Positions 1 through 13,414 of a stretch of 64,000 nucleotides of DNA are shown here, in pieces. The stretch is from Lingula anatina. Taxonomy: Eukaryota; Animalia; Brachiopoda. The notes beneath the pieces were generated by a model, which worked only from the letters and a program-made list of their open reading frames with translations, was not told where the DNA came from and searched no databases. Within the stretch, counting starts at the first letter, position 1; each line of letters starts with the position of its first letter. Position numbers and translations under genes: made by a program. The stretch lies in NCBI GenBank assembly GCA_051362555.1, contig CM120640.1:32197967-32261966 (forward strand), given 5' to 3'.

Positions 1-1355
1 AAAAAGAAAGCCAGCAGCAGTATTCTGAGTCCCCAGACTATAATTCTACAAAATGATCATAGAACAGGCACAAAACTGTATGCTATAGTAAGTTCTATCT
101 ATTCTGTTGTTCATTAGTACTCTCTTATGAAAACAAAGAACCTCGAGCTGAATTGACATAAGCATAAAGATCAATATTTAGCCACAGACCACTACACTCC
201 TTCAACATATCACAATATACGCCATCACATATAATAATACTGGACTGTTTCTATCTAGGAAATGGAATGGGAGCTGGCAAAATAATGACACATTGTTATT
301 ACTGTTGTCAAAATAAAGAAATCCTAGTTGTTCATATCTGTCATATGTGGAGAGTATGGTCATTGTCAATGAAAATGAGGTATTGGATATTTCTATATGG
401 TTTTTCTTTTTCCTTACTTCTTAAAATATTGATTACCCTTTTCTTTTTTTCTTCTGAATTTATCTACACAGACTTGTTGTTTTTACACAATTAAGATGGA
501 GTGCCTAATTTTCATTTCTACATTAACAAAAATATTTCCAGAGAGCATGCCTATATCAATCAATCATTCTGGCTGATCACGTCAGCTTAGAAGCCATTAC
601 GGTCATCAATTTTTCCACAAGAATTCCCGGGAGATACATTTGTCATCAACGCTTCCACTGGCACTACAGTGCAGTCAAGGGCAATTACAACGTAAGTAGA
701 GTATTCAAATGCAGTAAAGAATATTTCTAGGCACAGAGTATTTCTATGCAATATTTATATCCAAATGAATACAATTTTCAATAAAAATAAAATGAGGTAA
801 AGAAATAAAAGAGAGCCAGTCTCATTCTTTTCCTAAAAATAATGCAAGTTGAATGCAAGTAACACGTGATCCTGAATTCTGTTCAAAAAACAGACAAAAC
901 CTTATCACTTAACTGCATTTGTTTAAGAGCAAAAATCAGGCAGATGACCAATAAGCTACTTATAATTGACGTCAATTGGTCATTTGCTAGATGCATTTTC
1001 TGCGAGTTAGGTTTCGCAGGAGAACTATTGATTTGTTTTCCGCATTGGGGTAGCCCTGGTAGACAAACCGAGAAAAATGGTGTATTGAGCACAATAGGGA
1101 GGGTATAAAGCTCGCAATAATCCGATAGAGTCTTAATACTTTTTCCATGTTTCCCATTATGCCACTTCCTGTGGGATCATTTAATTCACACTTAATTCTT
1201 TTACAGCATAAAACTTGTTGCCACCATATTCCCTCCAAGCACCTGTAGAGATATGAGCAACTTATGATTACTTTTTTTTAATGATTTTCGTAGAAGAAGT
1301 TGCAGCTGTGCCATACTTATAAAAAAGAAGTCGATGGATTATACACTACAGTTAT

Positions 1356-1522
1356 CAGGGGCGGATCCAGAGATATTTTCTGACAGTCTTCCAAATTATC
1401 TTTGTTGATCCATCCTCATTTTTGACCGTCTTCCGACAGAAAAAGTTAGATACCCGTCAATGTAAACTTGAAAATCTGACCGTCTTCCGGAAGACCCAGA
1501 AGACGGCCTAAATCCGCCCCTG
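1356..1522 (+). mobile_element. 167-bp MITE, hAT-like with 5-bp TSD (hAT5-type), copy 1
   Basis: 11-bp TIR CAGGGGCGGAT...ATCCGCCCCTG, flanked by direct repeat GTTAT (1351-1355 / 1523-1527). A near-identical inverted copy lies at 13260-13414. Confidence 0.85.
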
Positions 1523-4500
1523 GTTATGCAGGCCTCAACATAAACACCTGTGTGATTGTACAGGACAACCCCCCATGTGTTATGAAACAGCCTTTACACT
1601 CATCTCATTGTCTGACAGAACAACCAATATCCTGTTCTGTCTTTGACTGATAAATGTTCCCTTGAATATAGAGAAAAGCAATTTAACTTGCAGCTTTCAC
1701 AAACAATTAAGCTCCTTTTCCCAATTTTGACCAAAGATATCATCTCAGATCCAAATTTATACCTCTTGAACAAATCCTTAGATTGTCATAACACCTTTAA
1801 ATCTATTTAAGTATCATTTTCATGTGACCATATCTCTTGATTTGATTTTTCCCCAAAACAGACTTGATTATATATATTTTTTTATCTTTTGTCTATTCCC
1901 TTAAAAAAACATAGTTGTGCTTGTCTTAACATTACCTTTAATTTAAAAAATCAAATCTAAAATCAAGAATGCATGGAAATTTTGCACCATTATTATTGAT
2001 TCTCTCAGACAATTCTTAAATTTAACGCACATCTCAAACCTTTTTTGAATAAAACAGCACTGACAGATAATTACTCCATCTTCCAAAAGTCAAATTGAGA
2101 GAGTGACAACCAAACAGAGCTGAAAGCTCAGCTGACTCATTGAATCAAACTTCTCCATCATTCCTGCTAATGCTGTAGTTGAGGAATTGGATGCAACATG
2201 AGATTTAAATTTCATACCCTGGCTCATGAATGATTCTCTTTTAAATGATTAATGAAAAGACTATACTGAGTTACAACGTTTTAGCCAGGGTAATGTAAAA
2301 AAGTGAGTCTGGTCAGGAAAAGGAAAGAGCACAATAACTTCAGCTGGCAAATTCTGGTGGACAAGATATTTTGTTCTGAATCAGTACATAAATTTCAAAA
2401 CAATTAACATACAGATTCTGTCAAAACCCCAGTTTACAAAACACATATTGCTTATTTTAGCCCAATTCTTTTTTTAGATTGGCTCTAAAGTTGAGACAGC
2501 TTAAATGAAAAATGTTTTCAGCATTGCTTGAAAGGTTTTCTATTTTAGACCATCTACTAATGGAACATAAAGGAACCATTACCTTACAAATAAGATTGTA
2601 GGCTGGCAATCTGGCTTACCCTCAGTAGGGCATATTTCTACTAAATTATATTTAATGGTGCTCTATAATAAATGTATAGCACTGGTAAAAAGATCTGGCT
2701 GTCAGCAAGAATCTCGTTCATTGATATGTTTCTTCCATGGCACTTTGCTCTAGATAATGCCTGAAGATATATTATCCATTTTAACTTAATTACTAGAACA
2801 ATTGTACATTGAAACCATCCAAACAAGAGTCTTTGGCCAGAGTTATAACCCTTCAAAAGATATCAGATGAAAGACAAAGTGGCCAACTTAAAACCATCAT
2901 GCCATGCAGGTAAAAATTCAACAACTGATTGTTTTTACTCAATAGTTTCACTTCACTTTTAATTGGTTGAAATCTCCAGAACCCATTGGATGTCATCTAC
3001 AAAATACTACACAGCAATGTTTGAAAAAAAAAAAATCAAATTATGTGGCTCACAATGCGCTTTTGGTTTCACCGATCCCTCAGCAAAATAATTGTCTGCT
3101 ACAATCTGTTGCTGCAAATTAAAAAAATTATATTCATATTTTGCTATGCAAATGTGGCATATTGCAGGAACCAGTTTATGTAAACCTGCAACAAGAGTTT
3201 GGATAAACATATAAAATCATCAAATTTATACAGCTTTACATCATTTTTATTTATATATCACATACACAATGTATGCATTATCTTTGGAATTCCAAATAAG
3301 TTCCAAAATGCGGTTCTCTGCTACTAATACAAAATGTATACAGCTAAAGTGAATTAAGAACACTTAAAAGCCATTTGGCAAAGAATATATAAGACATCCA
3401 TAATCATTACAGTTAGTACACACCAACCATTATAAAACTGTTGACTTTCACTCAGTGGTAATGGAATCTTGACACAAAATTACAATAACTGTAGCCTAGG
3501 ACCAGAAAAACAATGTACGTGAATCCTGGGAGACTGCTGAACACTCAGCTCACAACTGAGGAAAGTACCCTACTGAATTTTCTGACAGTTGTGCAAATAA
3601 AAACTACAAAGTTGATCATGGATGTTTGAACATCAGAATGCGTCATTCAGCAAAATCATTGAGAGTTGGCTAACATTAAATATTTGTCTCCAAAAGCAGG
3701 AATCAGACCATCACTAGAAAAGAGCACATCAACTGAAATGTGAAATCACAAAACAGACAACCTCTGACTTTTACTTTCAATGAAGAAAAAATATTTTCAA
3801 AGAAAAAATCACTTAAAAAGAATAAGAGGCTGGCCAGTCCCTGGTAGCATAGGGATATTGTACTGAGTAGATACAGGGTGTTTCTTGTGACAATTGATGC
3901 TCAAAATTGCCACTTCCGCTGACAAGTAATTCAATCTTCTCTCCACCTAATTGGAGGAAATGCATTTGCTTTACACGGACATAGCACATCTCATCTATCA
4001 CTAGGTCCATACACTGGAAAGCTTCGAATAATCTAATATCCTTCGCTCCCATAGTATCCAGCTTCCTAGTAATACCACCATCAATAGGAAAAATCTATGT
4101 TTTATTCAAAAACACCTTTTCATGTTTTGGTTACAATCTTGTTTCATAAAGCTAACAAAAAAGATTTGATTGAATGTGTTTTAACATTTTTTTTTACTGT
4201 GAGGTTTTGTTTTAACAACAATTCTTCTTAATAATTCAGATCTTCACGTACTAAGTTGACAATGAGGTACCAGAGAAACTTACTGTCACACAAAAGCAAT
4301 TTACATGACATTTGCATCAAATTTGATGTACAATCAATAAAAGTGACAAGGCAATGTCTGTAAAAAGAAATGAAAATAATACACGATATACTGACAACCC
4401 CACTTTCCAACACAATGATGTTCAAGTCATGCCCCCTTTTTTAAACCACAAGATTAAATTATTTTCCCTCACTGAACAACCTAAGCTTAACATTAATCTT

Positions 4501-4544
4501 ATTAGTAATTACAGCACCTATACAAATGAATAATACATAATTAC

Positions 4545-4599
4545 CCTCTTTTTCTGGGATTAACCGGGCAGTCATCCATGCTCTCAGATTGGTATACAT
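4545..4599 (-). CDS. candidate alternative first coding exon MYTNLRAWMTARLIPEKE(+1 nt)
   Basis: aggATG with an upstream in-frame stop, then 18 codons + G, then donor GAGG|GTAATT (phase 1). The phase matches the other candidates. Confidence 0.45.
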
Positions 4600-5641
4600 C
4601 CTTAAGATCTCCTCTTGTTAGACAATACGGTTCTCCTTCAGTTTGGGCACCAATGGAATCACTCAGCAACTAATGTAATAAGTTGACCACCATACACAAT
4701 ATTCCCTGTTCTTACTGTGTGGCCACAATCTTTTTTAAACCTCAAATGCCAGTTTCACATTTCAGTGTAATAAACTTATTGAACAAACCAGAGCTAGTAA
4801 TCAAACTAGGTTCTAGGATTGAAGTTCACAGCCAATGAGAACCTTGCTATGTTCATCAAAGGCAGCTTGGGGCCTGGAGGGAATAACAATGATCTTCCAA
4901 ATTAGCAAACTGACCTATTGATTATGTCAGCAGTCTTTGGCTATCTTCAAGCCTCTAAAGCACATGGGCCCCCGAACTTCAGCATGGAACGATGCCCTCT
5001 TCGCCAGGAGAGGTACTTGGGGAGAAAAAAGATCAACAGGATAATCTCATCTGCTCCCCAGTATGAAGAGTACCAACAGTGCTTGCTTGCTCTGGCTGAT
5101 CAACTGCTCTAACACACTATTTTCTCATAATATCGTTTAGATCAATTTTCCATGAATGCACTCTCTATCTTTTTTTAAAGATCAAATGAAACCCTTGACC
5201 TCTTCACAATGTTATCTCTATCTCAATCAGCCTCAGCGCAACAAAGTCCACTTAGAACTAATGTTGGTTTCTTGCAATGCTTAATTTTTATTAATCCCAC
5301 ATCTGACCAATTTGGTCTACCAGGCACTGTGATAATTACAAAAGAAGTCATTAATATATTTACCACCTGTACAACATGCAAAAAGATTGCAACCTCTCAA
5401 TTTCACGTGTAACTGAATGCCTGCGTCCTCTTCACAGCCTGAACTACCACTGTTTTAGCAAATCAATACACTTGATAAACGAGCAACATTTCAAACAGAG
5501 CACAATTTCTTTTAAAAGCATGAATGGTCTGTGATGTCTACACATAAACATGCTCTTCTGAGATTAAAATAGAAACCTTTAGATGCACGCTGCAATATCT
5601 TTATTGACCTAATGCATTGCTGATTAAACACTTCTCTTAGA

Positions 5642-5809
5642 GTAAATAATTGACTCTTAGAATTTTAAATTTTAAATGGATGTGTCCAGTATAACCATTT
5701 TGAGATCATCTAAAGAAAGGGAGCTGTAAATAATTGATTCTTAGAATTTTCAATTTAAAATGGATGTGTCCAGTATAACAATTCTGAGATCATCTAAGAA
5801 AAGGGAGTT
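5642..5809. repeat. tandem duplication, 2 x 84 bp
   Basis: gtaaataattga(c/t)tcttagaatttt...gagatcatctaa..aagggag repeated at 5642 and 5726 with few mismatches. Confidence 0.85.
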
Positions 5810-6153
5810 GTGGAGGTCCATGCCAGTCAACGTCCTGCAAGGACAAGATACTTAAAGAGAGATTCAATGTGATCCACAGATGTTTTCTACTCCATAATAT
5901 GTGCAAAATACACAATAAAACAAGAAAATTATATAGGCACTTTGTTAACAATGTAGGAGATTAGGAAACCAACCAATATGACTTTGTTCCAAGATACATA
6001 TTATATGTCTGTGAATGTACTGTGTTTGCTGTTTCTTTTCTTCAAATGTGTTTGGGTGTTCACACAGTCTCAACAAATGCAGTCACAGCAACACAGGTTA
6101 CTTCTACTTTTAACACTACCACAATCACAACTGCTTTATTCTAACACACAGTA

Positions 6154-6155
<2 letters not shown>

Positions 6156-6199
<44 letters not shown>
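6156..6199. repeat. (GT)n microsatellite
   Basis: About 22 perfect GT units. Confidence 0.95.
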
Positions 6200-6201
<2 letters not shown>

Positions 6202-8268
6202 GGGGGGGTGTTGCATGTATGTTTGCGTATGTGTTATACAAGTAAGGGTGAAATACCAATAAGATTAATAACAAAAATATAAGATTTTAGGTTAGGGGTT
6301 TAAATAAAAAAAGGGCAATAAAGAACAATGAGTTCACTGCACTCATGTATGAAATATCCCCTGAAGTGCTTTAGGGACAATGTTTCTGAGCAATACACAA
6401 ATGGCTTCTATAAATCACCACATTTTTCAAATTCAATTAGAGAAAGTGCACTTTTGTAATGGCTATAAATTGATAAATATATTTCCCCATTTTGCTGCAT
6501 GCGGTGATGTAAGATGTAAGTGAACTGTTGAAATGATTAGAGCCACTTATGTAAAAAAAAAAGGCCTTTTTTGTTGAAATGGGAAAATAAAACATATTCA
6601 CAGATTAAAGATCTCTCACAAAATATAATTATGTGCTTCTTTACCAAAGACAGAAAGAATAAAAAAAGAAGCTTAATCAAAAGCATAACTGTTTATGTTT
6701 CACTGTGCTATAAACACAATTGTTTTTGCTCCACCTCAATAAATTTTTGTCTTATCAAGTCTTATATCTAGATTTTAAATTACACCACAAAAACACTACA
6801 AGTAACTTGATAAACTTCTAGAACTGCCCTTTTGGCCAGAAATGTTCTATTTCATTTTTCAAGTTGGGTCGATCATAAGGAGGTAAAGGGTCCACTTTTC
6901 CACAAAAAAGACCCACCCCTTTTAAAACTGCTGGCCACAGACTTGCACAGTGCTAGGAATTAGCTCTGAATAGACAGCTGGGATGGTTGTGATGGGTAGT
7001 TTTTACTTAGAACCCATCCAGAATAGAAGATCCGAGGATCTTCTGATCCACGGATCAAATATGGCAGACCCTACATGAAAGATGAGCCGACTAATATGCT
7101 GATGGTCTCCCCGCCTTTACAATGTTTTGAATGGGCACTTAGTCAACATTCAACAATAAGCTACCATCCAGAAAGTGGTCCATCACTGATTGCGGTGTAA
7201 AGCTTAATTCAAGAATTTTGCTTCCGTTTTCCCCTCATCTTTCTGTACAATAACCTATTCCATCCCCGAGTTATTTTGGTGATTTTTGAGGGAACACATG
7301 CATGCAGCTTCTTCCTTATCTAATTACCAGCTATTCACCAAATAGTATACTATTTGTTGCCATTATTGTCAAAGTGGTGACTTCATGGCCAAATTACATT
7401 TTAGAAAATTGCTATTTGTAATTGGATTGAGTCAAAGTTTAGTTACGATTGTTAAGATGTCTCAGTTATAATGATATTACCTGAATGTGTAATTAATGTA
7501 CGTTATTCACTAGAAAGCACTATAATCAAGTTTTACAGGAAGTTTTCAGCTAAAAAAGGATTGAGTAACTTCATTTAATAGCTTCAGCTCCTAGTTAAAG
7601 TTAAAATTAGTCTGTTTAATTGTGTTTAAAGTCTCTATTAGTACATGCGTCTTGCTTGAGTTCAGTATCTCTGTCTGTAGGAATGGTTTTGATATATTTT
7701 TCTGTACTTCATCTCACGCATGATACATATATAAAGGGGAAAATGGTTTGTAGTGTTATCAGAGAAAGTTTGTCACACTGATAGCTGGCTTGTCCATGTT
7801 GTCTTAGGAGACACCACCCCTCCCAACCAGACAAACAAATATAGAGATAAGTCAGACAGTAGCTGTTGATCTCTGCAAACGTACAGTAACTACGCTGTTG
7901 TGTTACCATAATCAAATTCATGACCATGCTTCTTTTTTCAAAACAGCATTCAAATTGGAATTACACAAGTTTTCACTTTGCTTAAAAGCTTTACACATTA
8001 CCATATTGTCTATAGACCTTTTTCCACTTCCAGTGGCATACTTTAGCCATACAGTGAGTACTGGTACACTTTGAAAGGTCCTACCACCCAATTACTTAAT
8101 GGTAGGGGGTGAGGAGGTGTCTCCCTTTCACAACTTAACTTCTTGCATTTTGCTGTTTATCCAAGTTAATGTATTGGCCATGTCAAGAATACATAGACTC
8201 ATGATGGCTATTTCTTGGTAAATAGAATAAAAGAATACCCTTCATACATATGTATATATTACCACTTT

Positions 8269-8423
8269 CTGGGGTGGATCCAGATATTTTTCAGACAATC
8301 TTCCAAATTATCTTTGTTGATCCACTTCCATTTCTGGCCGTCTTCTTACAGAAAAAATAACATGCCCGCTACTGTAAACTTAAAGATACTAACCCTCTTC
8401 CGGAAGACCCAGAAGACCCTTAA
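8269..8423 (+). mobile_element. diverged, 3'-truncated copy of the 1356-1522 MITE
   Basis: Shares tcttccaaattatctttgttgatcca and tcttccggaagacccagaagac with copy 1. The left TIR is degenerate (ctggggtggat) and the right TIR is missing. Confidence 0.75.
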
Positions 8424-8489
8424 CCGGGTGGTTGGCACCAAAGTATCCCATCTAAAAGACGATACTGACAGCCAGAAAGTATCACCCCC

Positions 8490-8738
8490 CAGTGTTTTAT
8501 TTACAATTTGGAACTAGAGAGTCAGATGACTCGCTGACACTACAGAATACGAGTCATTTTTTATTTTCAGGAGTCAAAATTTTCCCGCCTTTTTTGAATG
8601 GGTAATTTTAACTAGTAATGATGCGTACAACCATATATGTAAATAGATTGTATATGAATTGATGTTGTTTATTTGTAATTGTTGTATTCCAGACTAAAAG
8701 TATATAATTCTATCTACAGGAACTGAAGAATACAAAAA

Positions 8739-8770
<32 letters not shown>

Positions 8771-9628
8771 AAAAAAAAAAAAAACAGCTTTTGTATAAGT
8801 AACCAAAGTGTATTCAACATATGACAACAAACACACTAACAGTCATACAACTTCAAAATGATATGGACAAAAGTATGCATTTTGATTCTTTTTCTAACAA
8901 AAACTGATTAAACAAAAGATTATTAACATGATTAAACCTAAAGGTAGTGTATAAACAAAAAATCATCAAGATAAACAATAAATTAAAATTGATATGGATA
9001 AACTTTGTGTTGACTAGTATGTAAAAAAATTGTCAAAAATTATATGGACATAAATGGAAAACAAATTATATAGGAGGGAATAAGATTGTCAAACACAAAA
9101 AAGTAGATAAATGAAGACAAGAAATTTCAATAGATAATTGCTATGGCAAATACAAATTATATTCCAATCTGGAAAAATTATGTTTTGACTATTAAACATA
9201 AAAACACAATACTAGACAAATTTACCTGTGATTTTATACATGTAGTGTAACATATTTTAACCATTTAGAGTAATCTCTGTCACCAGTTTGCGGACTAAAC
9301 TGTTTTTTAGGTCATACCATTTTCATTTGGGTCTTAAAACACAATAAAATATTTAAATTGAATTTAAAAACCCGTATTGTGCCTATAGCAGCATATTGTA
9401 CTAGTAGTGTACTATCGGTGGCAAGTTGACATACTTTTTTCAACACAACAACGATCGGAAATAGGCCTACTAGTGGGTTTTTAACCGGCAATATTACAAC
9501 ACTTTTGAAAGTAATTAGTTGTGGCTGTCATACATTAGGGTCAAATGACGCACAGGATCATATTTTTTTGCGTCAATTTTAGGATTTATGCGTATTTTAC
9601 GCATGACGCAGAGGTAAATAAAACACTG
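8490..9628. mobile_element. 1.14-kb non-autonomous DNA transposon, hAT-like
   Basis: Perfect 15-bp TIR CAGTGTTTTATTTAC...GTAAATAAAACACTG. Apparent 6-bp TSD ACCCCC (8484-8489 / 9629-9634). Repeated GAGTCA/TGACGCA subterminal motifs, an AT-rich interior with poly-A at 8734-8784, and no ORF. Confidence 0.8.
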
Positions 9629-12600
9629 ACCCCCCCCCCCCCCCCCCTTTTTGTTCACAACTTAATTGGGTAGCTCTCGGTGCCCCATAGTATTATTCTA
9701 ACACCTTTTAGCCATTACAGCCTGGAATGAATTTTAGCAGCTCCAAAATGCACCATTAAACCAAACTGCCAAAAAGCTCACACTGGCTAATCAGATCAAT
9801 TGTTGGAAGACTATAAGAATAAAAGCTTTTAAATCAACGTGGCTAAAAAGTTGAACCAACGTTCTGTGTTTGATGTAACAGTCTGCAGAAAAAATTAAGT
9901 AATTTTTTATATATTTATTTATGTATTACTAAACTTGGTATGAGCTTTTCCCTGAAAGACTGATTTTTAATTAATCCGCGAAAAAAATAAAATTTGTGCA
10001 AAAAAGATAACTAATACACCAACCAAAATGAGAGAGGGAGAGAGAGAGCATTCTAGCTTTAGAAGTAATAGGGTACATGCATACTACTGACATAAGGGTT
10101 TGTTTATATAAAAATTACAGAAGAAACAAAAAAACAATCCCTGTAAGCACTACAACCATAAATCATGTATCACCATGATGGGTATACAGGTGGGATAAAG
10201 TAATATAAGGGAACTGTGCATACTTTTGCCACAAGTCTTTAAGTGAGCATATTGCCCAATAATAGGCGTGATCTCACTGAGCTGAACAGATTATAAGTTA
10301 TTCTTCACCCAAAATCTTCAAAATGACATGCATATGTGTGCACAGTATGACTAAGCTCATTTTTTTTTTCTTTTTAATCCTGTATTTCAAACATGATGAA
10401 TCATACATATCAATTTCTTCGCTGCTCCTAATAGTTTAACCTTTTTCCTCTTTTATTGAATTATTCTATCTGCATTATTTATCTATTTACTTTTCTGAAT
10501 TAGAGTATCCATTTCTGTTAGAAGTCAAGCTGTGACTTTTTGGTCAGATTTGAAATAATCTCTATCTGAATGCAACTCCTAGTGTACTTGAATATTGCCA
10601 CATGCCATGGAAGATGGATGACTTTCTTCCCACTGGCAATTTCGATTTTTACACCAGAGCATAGACGTCACATGGTCATAAATGTAAATTCATATAAAAG
10701 GTGATCACCTGCTCCTGTTGAATACAATTAATCTTTTACTTTCTCAGTCTTTAAGAGGCAAAATGCAAGCAGCCATATATCCTCAACTTTTTATTACAAG
10801 TTTTTTATTTTTATTACAAATAAAAACTAAATATTTGAAAAAGATAATAACTCCTTCAACTTGCTAACTTGCTTCTTTGCAACTAATTCAAAACAGCATC
10901 TGAATAAAGAAAACAGGATATACAACTACCAAGCAATTAATTTGTTGTTCATAATTTAAAGAAGACCTGAGCAATCTGGATATGATCGCAACTATTTGTC
11001 TGGTCTATTCACCATGCTATTCCCTCTAATATTTATATCTACATGGCATTAATCTTTTATGACTAATGATGGATCTCTCTGAGAATAAATGTGTATTATT
11101 CCAGTCTAGTGATCGCACAACATCAGGTCTGAAGTCATTATCTCCTTGATTAATCATGTTCTTGCTGATACCAAAACACCCATATACAGTCATTTCTGCA
11201 TGTTCCTATGTGCTATGAATTTAATACTTATTCCCATCAAAAATAAAACTATAGGCATCTTGTGCCATAAAAATTGGTCTCTGCTTAAATATTTCAGGTG
11301 ACACATGCATAAAAGAACTTTTTTTCTAGAATTCTGGAGCATCTTCATATAAAATCAATACTTTCCATTTTGCATGCTCCAAAATGATGGTATAAAACAC
11401 AATAACATCCTGTTATTCAATAAACCAAACTTCAAATTGCAAGAGCAATAAGTGAAGTAATGACTATTCATTGGGGGTTTCTGTCAACTGAAAGAAATTT
11501 AATTGGATCTCCAAATAATGTGAGATATATATCGTGGACATACCCTGGGCTATGTAGGTAATAGCTCATCTCAAACACACCATGAGGGTGATGAGAAAGT
11601 TCTCAGCATGGTTCCAATTTGCCATTACAATTTGTTTCCCCACTTGTGTATCGAAGTTACTCCAGAGATAAATATTAGAGCCACATGCTTGTAAACGATG
11701 TAAAAGTGTCATAGTTTAATTTACTCGGACTGTTTTATTCTTACAGGGTGTGGATTGCTGCCACTACCGATGTTTTCATCTAGAACACACACTGCTTCAT
11801 AATATACCAGGCCTATGAGCAAGTACAAGCACACTTGAAATCCTAACTTTCATGTAGCTTATTTTTAATACCTATATCAATAATGTAGATGTATAATGGC
11901 TCCACTGGGTGGAGCTGCAGAGTGTTTCTCAGGTTGCATCTGAAAAGAGTTGTAGCTAAAAGAAGGCCAAGACCTAAGAAAGTTTTTCATGTGATGTAAA
12001 TGTTGTGAACTTTAATCAACAACTTAGCTTTACATACAAGTAATGTCAAAAGTTAAAGAATAAACTGTAACAAAGTCTATTAAACTGTTGACTAGAGCCT
12101 CTTTTAAATGAAAACAAAAAGAAGTTTTTTAGTGGATTTTTTTCGTTATGTTTTGACTACTGATAGAGCTAGATATTACAATTTCCCCATTTATCAGGAC
12201 AAATAAATAGAATAGAGATAAAGGCCACATCTACATATTCTCTCCATAAAGTGTATCTAGATTTTAAGGGAAGTTAATCCCATATTCAACCATACCCAGT
12301 CTTCTGCAATTTGCAAGCCATTATGCCAATTGATATTTGTGTATCTTAAATTTCCTTTTCCAATTAGGATGATGGATAAAAGTAATACCTCACATAAATA
12401 GATCACCAATTTCAAATTTCCCTTTCATTTGGGATTTCTTCATTACCTCACTGAGGCACTTTTCATCAATTTTGATATTTTGATAGTATTTTTTCCTACA
12501 TATTAAGTATCAACATCTGGATGCTGACAAAAAAATGCAGCCTCTGGCTCCCTAACTGCCCAAAACACCAACTCACACTTCATTCAGAAATATGTTAAGA

Positions 12601-13259
12601 TTCATTTAAACTGTAATAATTTTAAGACATAAGGCAGAGAATAAGTCAAATGACAGTTTAAACAGTAATTGAAAATATAACTGATAATTCAGAATAAGTG
12701 ACATGAAGTATGATTTAATTTTATGGAAGACATGATGGATGGCCCATCCACGCACACATTGATTTTTCCCTCTTCTCAAAAGAAAAATTTTAGCACATGT
12801 AAATTGTCGCCTTGCAAACATGGCATCCATGACGTTGTCTTTAAATAACTTTAGCATTAAAGTTCACATGAAGGGGAGAAAACAAGAACACTTAAAAAGA
12901 CATCCTATCCAGAGGGGCTCACACACGTTTCTTTTTCTCAATAACAAGAAAAATGGTAGAGTTGAGGTATATGGTGGCCTTAAAGTGGCTCTTTAGTTTT
13001 CTTAGTTATTTGTACAATACAGGGATGACGCAGACGAGAGCTAATTCTTTAATATCCTCAGCGAGAAGAAAGACTTGGTTTGATACACTGAGATAAAGCA
13101 GATGATCATGACTGCTCACTCTTTAGTGTTCTCAGAGCTGTTGTTTGTTTGATACACTGTGTTCTTTGGCTCAATTTGCTTTTCCGACTTCTTTTACTTC
13201 CGCAGCATTTTATTTTCCACCCTCTTGTACTGTTTTCAGGGTCTCCTGAGGATGCCATA

Positions 13260-13414
13260 CAGGGGCGGATTTAGGGCGTCTTCTGGGTCTTCCGGAAGAC
13301 GGTCAGATTTTCAAGTTTACATTGACGGGTATCTAATTTTTTATGTCGGAAGACGGATGGATCAACAAAGATAAATTGGAAGACTGTCAGAAAATAACTC
13401 TGGATCCGCCCCTG
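13260..13414 (-). mobile_element. 155-bp MITE, hAT5-type, copy 2
   Basis: Reverse complement of 1356-1522 with a small internal deletion. TIR CAGGGGCGGAT; TSD CCATA (13255-13259 / 13415-13419). Confidence 0.85.

Noticed and set aside
7339-7356. 18-bp perfect palindrome CAAATAGTATACTATTTG (also GGCCTAGCTAGGCC at 33685-33698)
   Set aside because: Isolated with no supporting context; compatible with chance in 64 kb.
8215-8517. 100-aa ORF (and the 71-aa ORF at 13159-13374)
   Set aside because: Both are read-through of MITE sequence from non-ATG starts.
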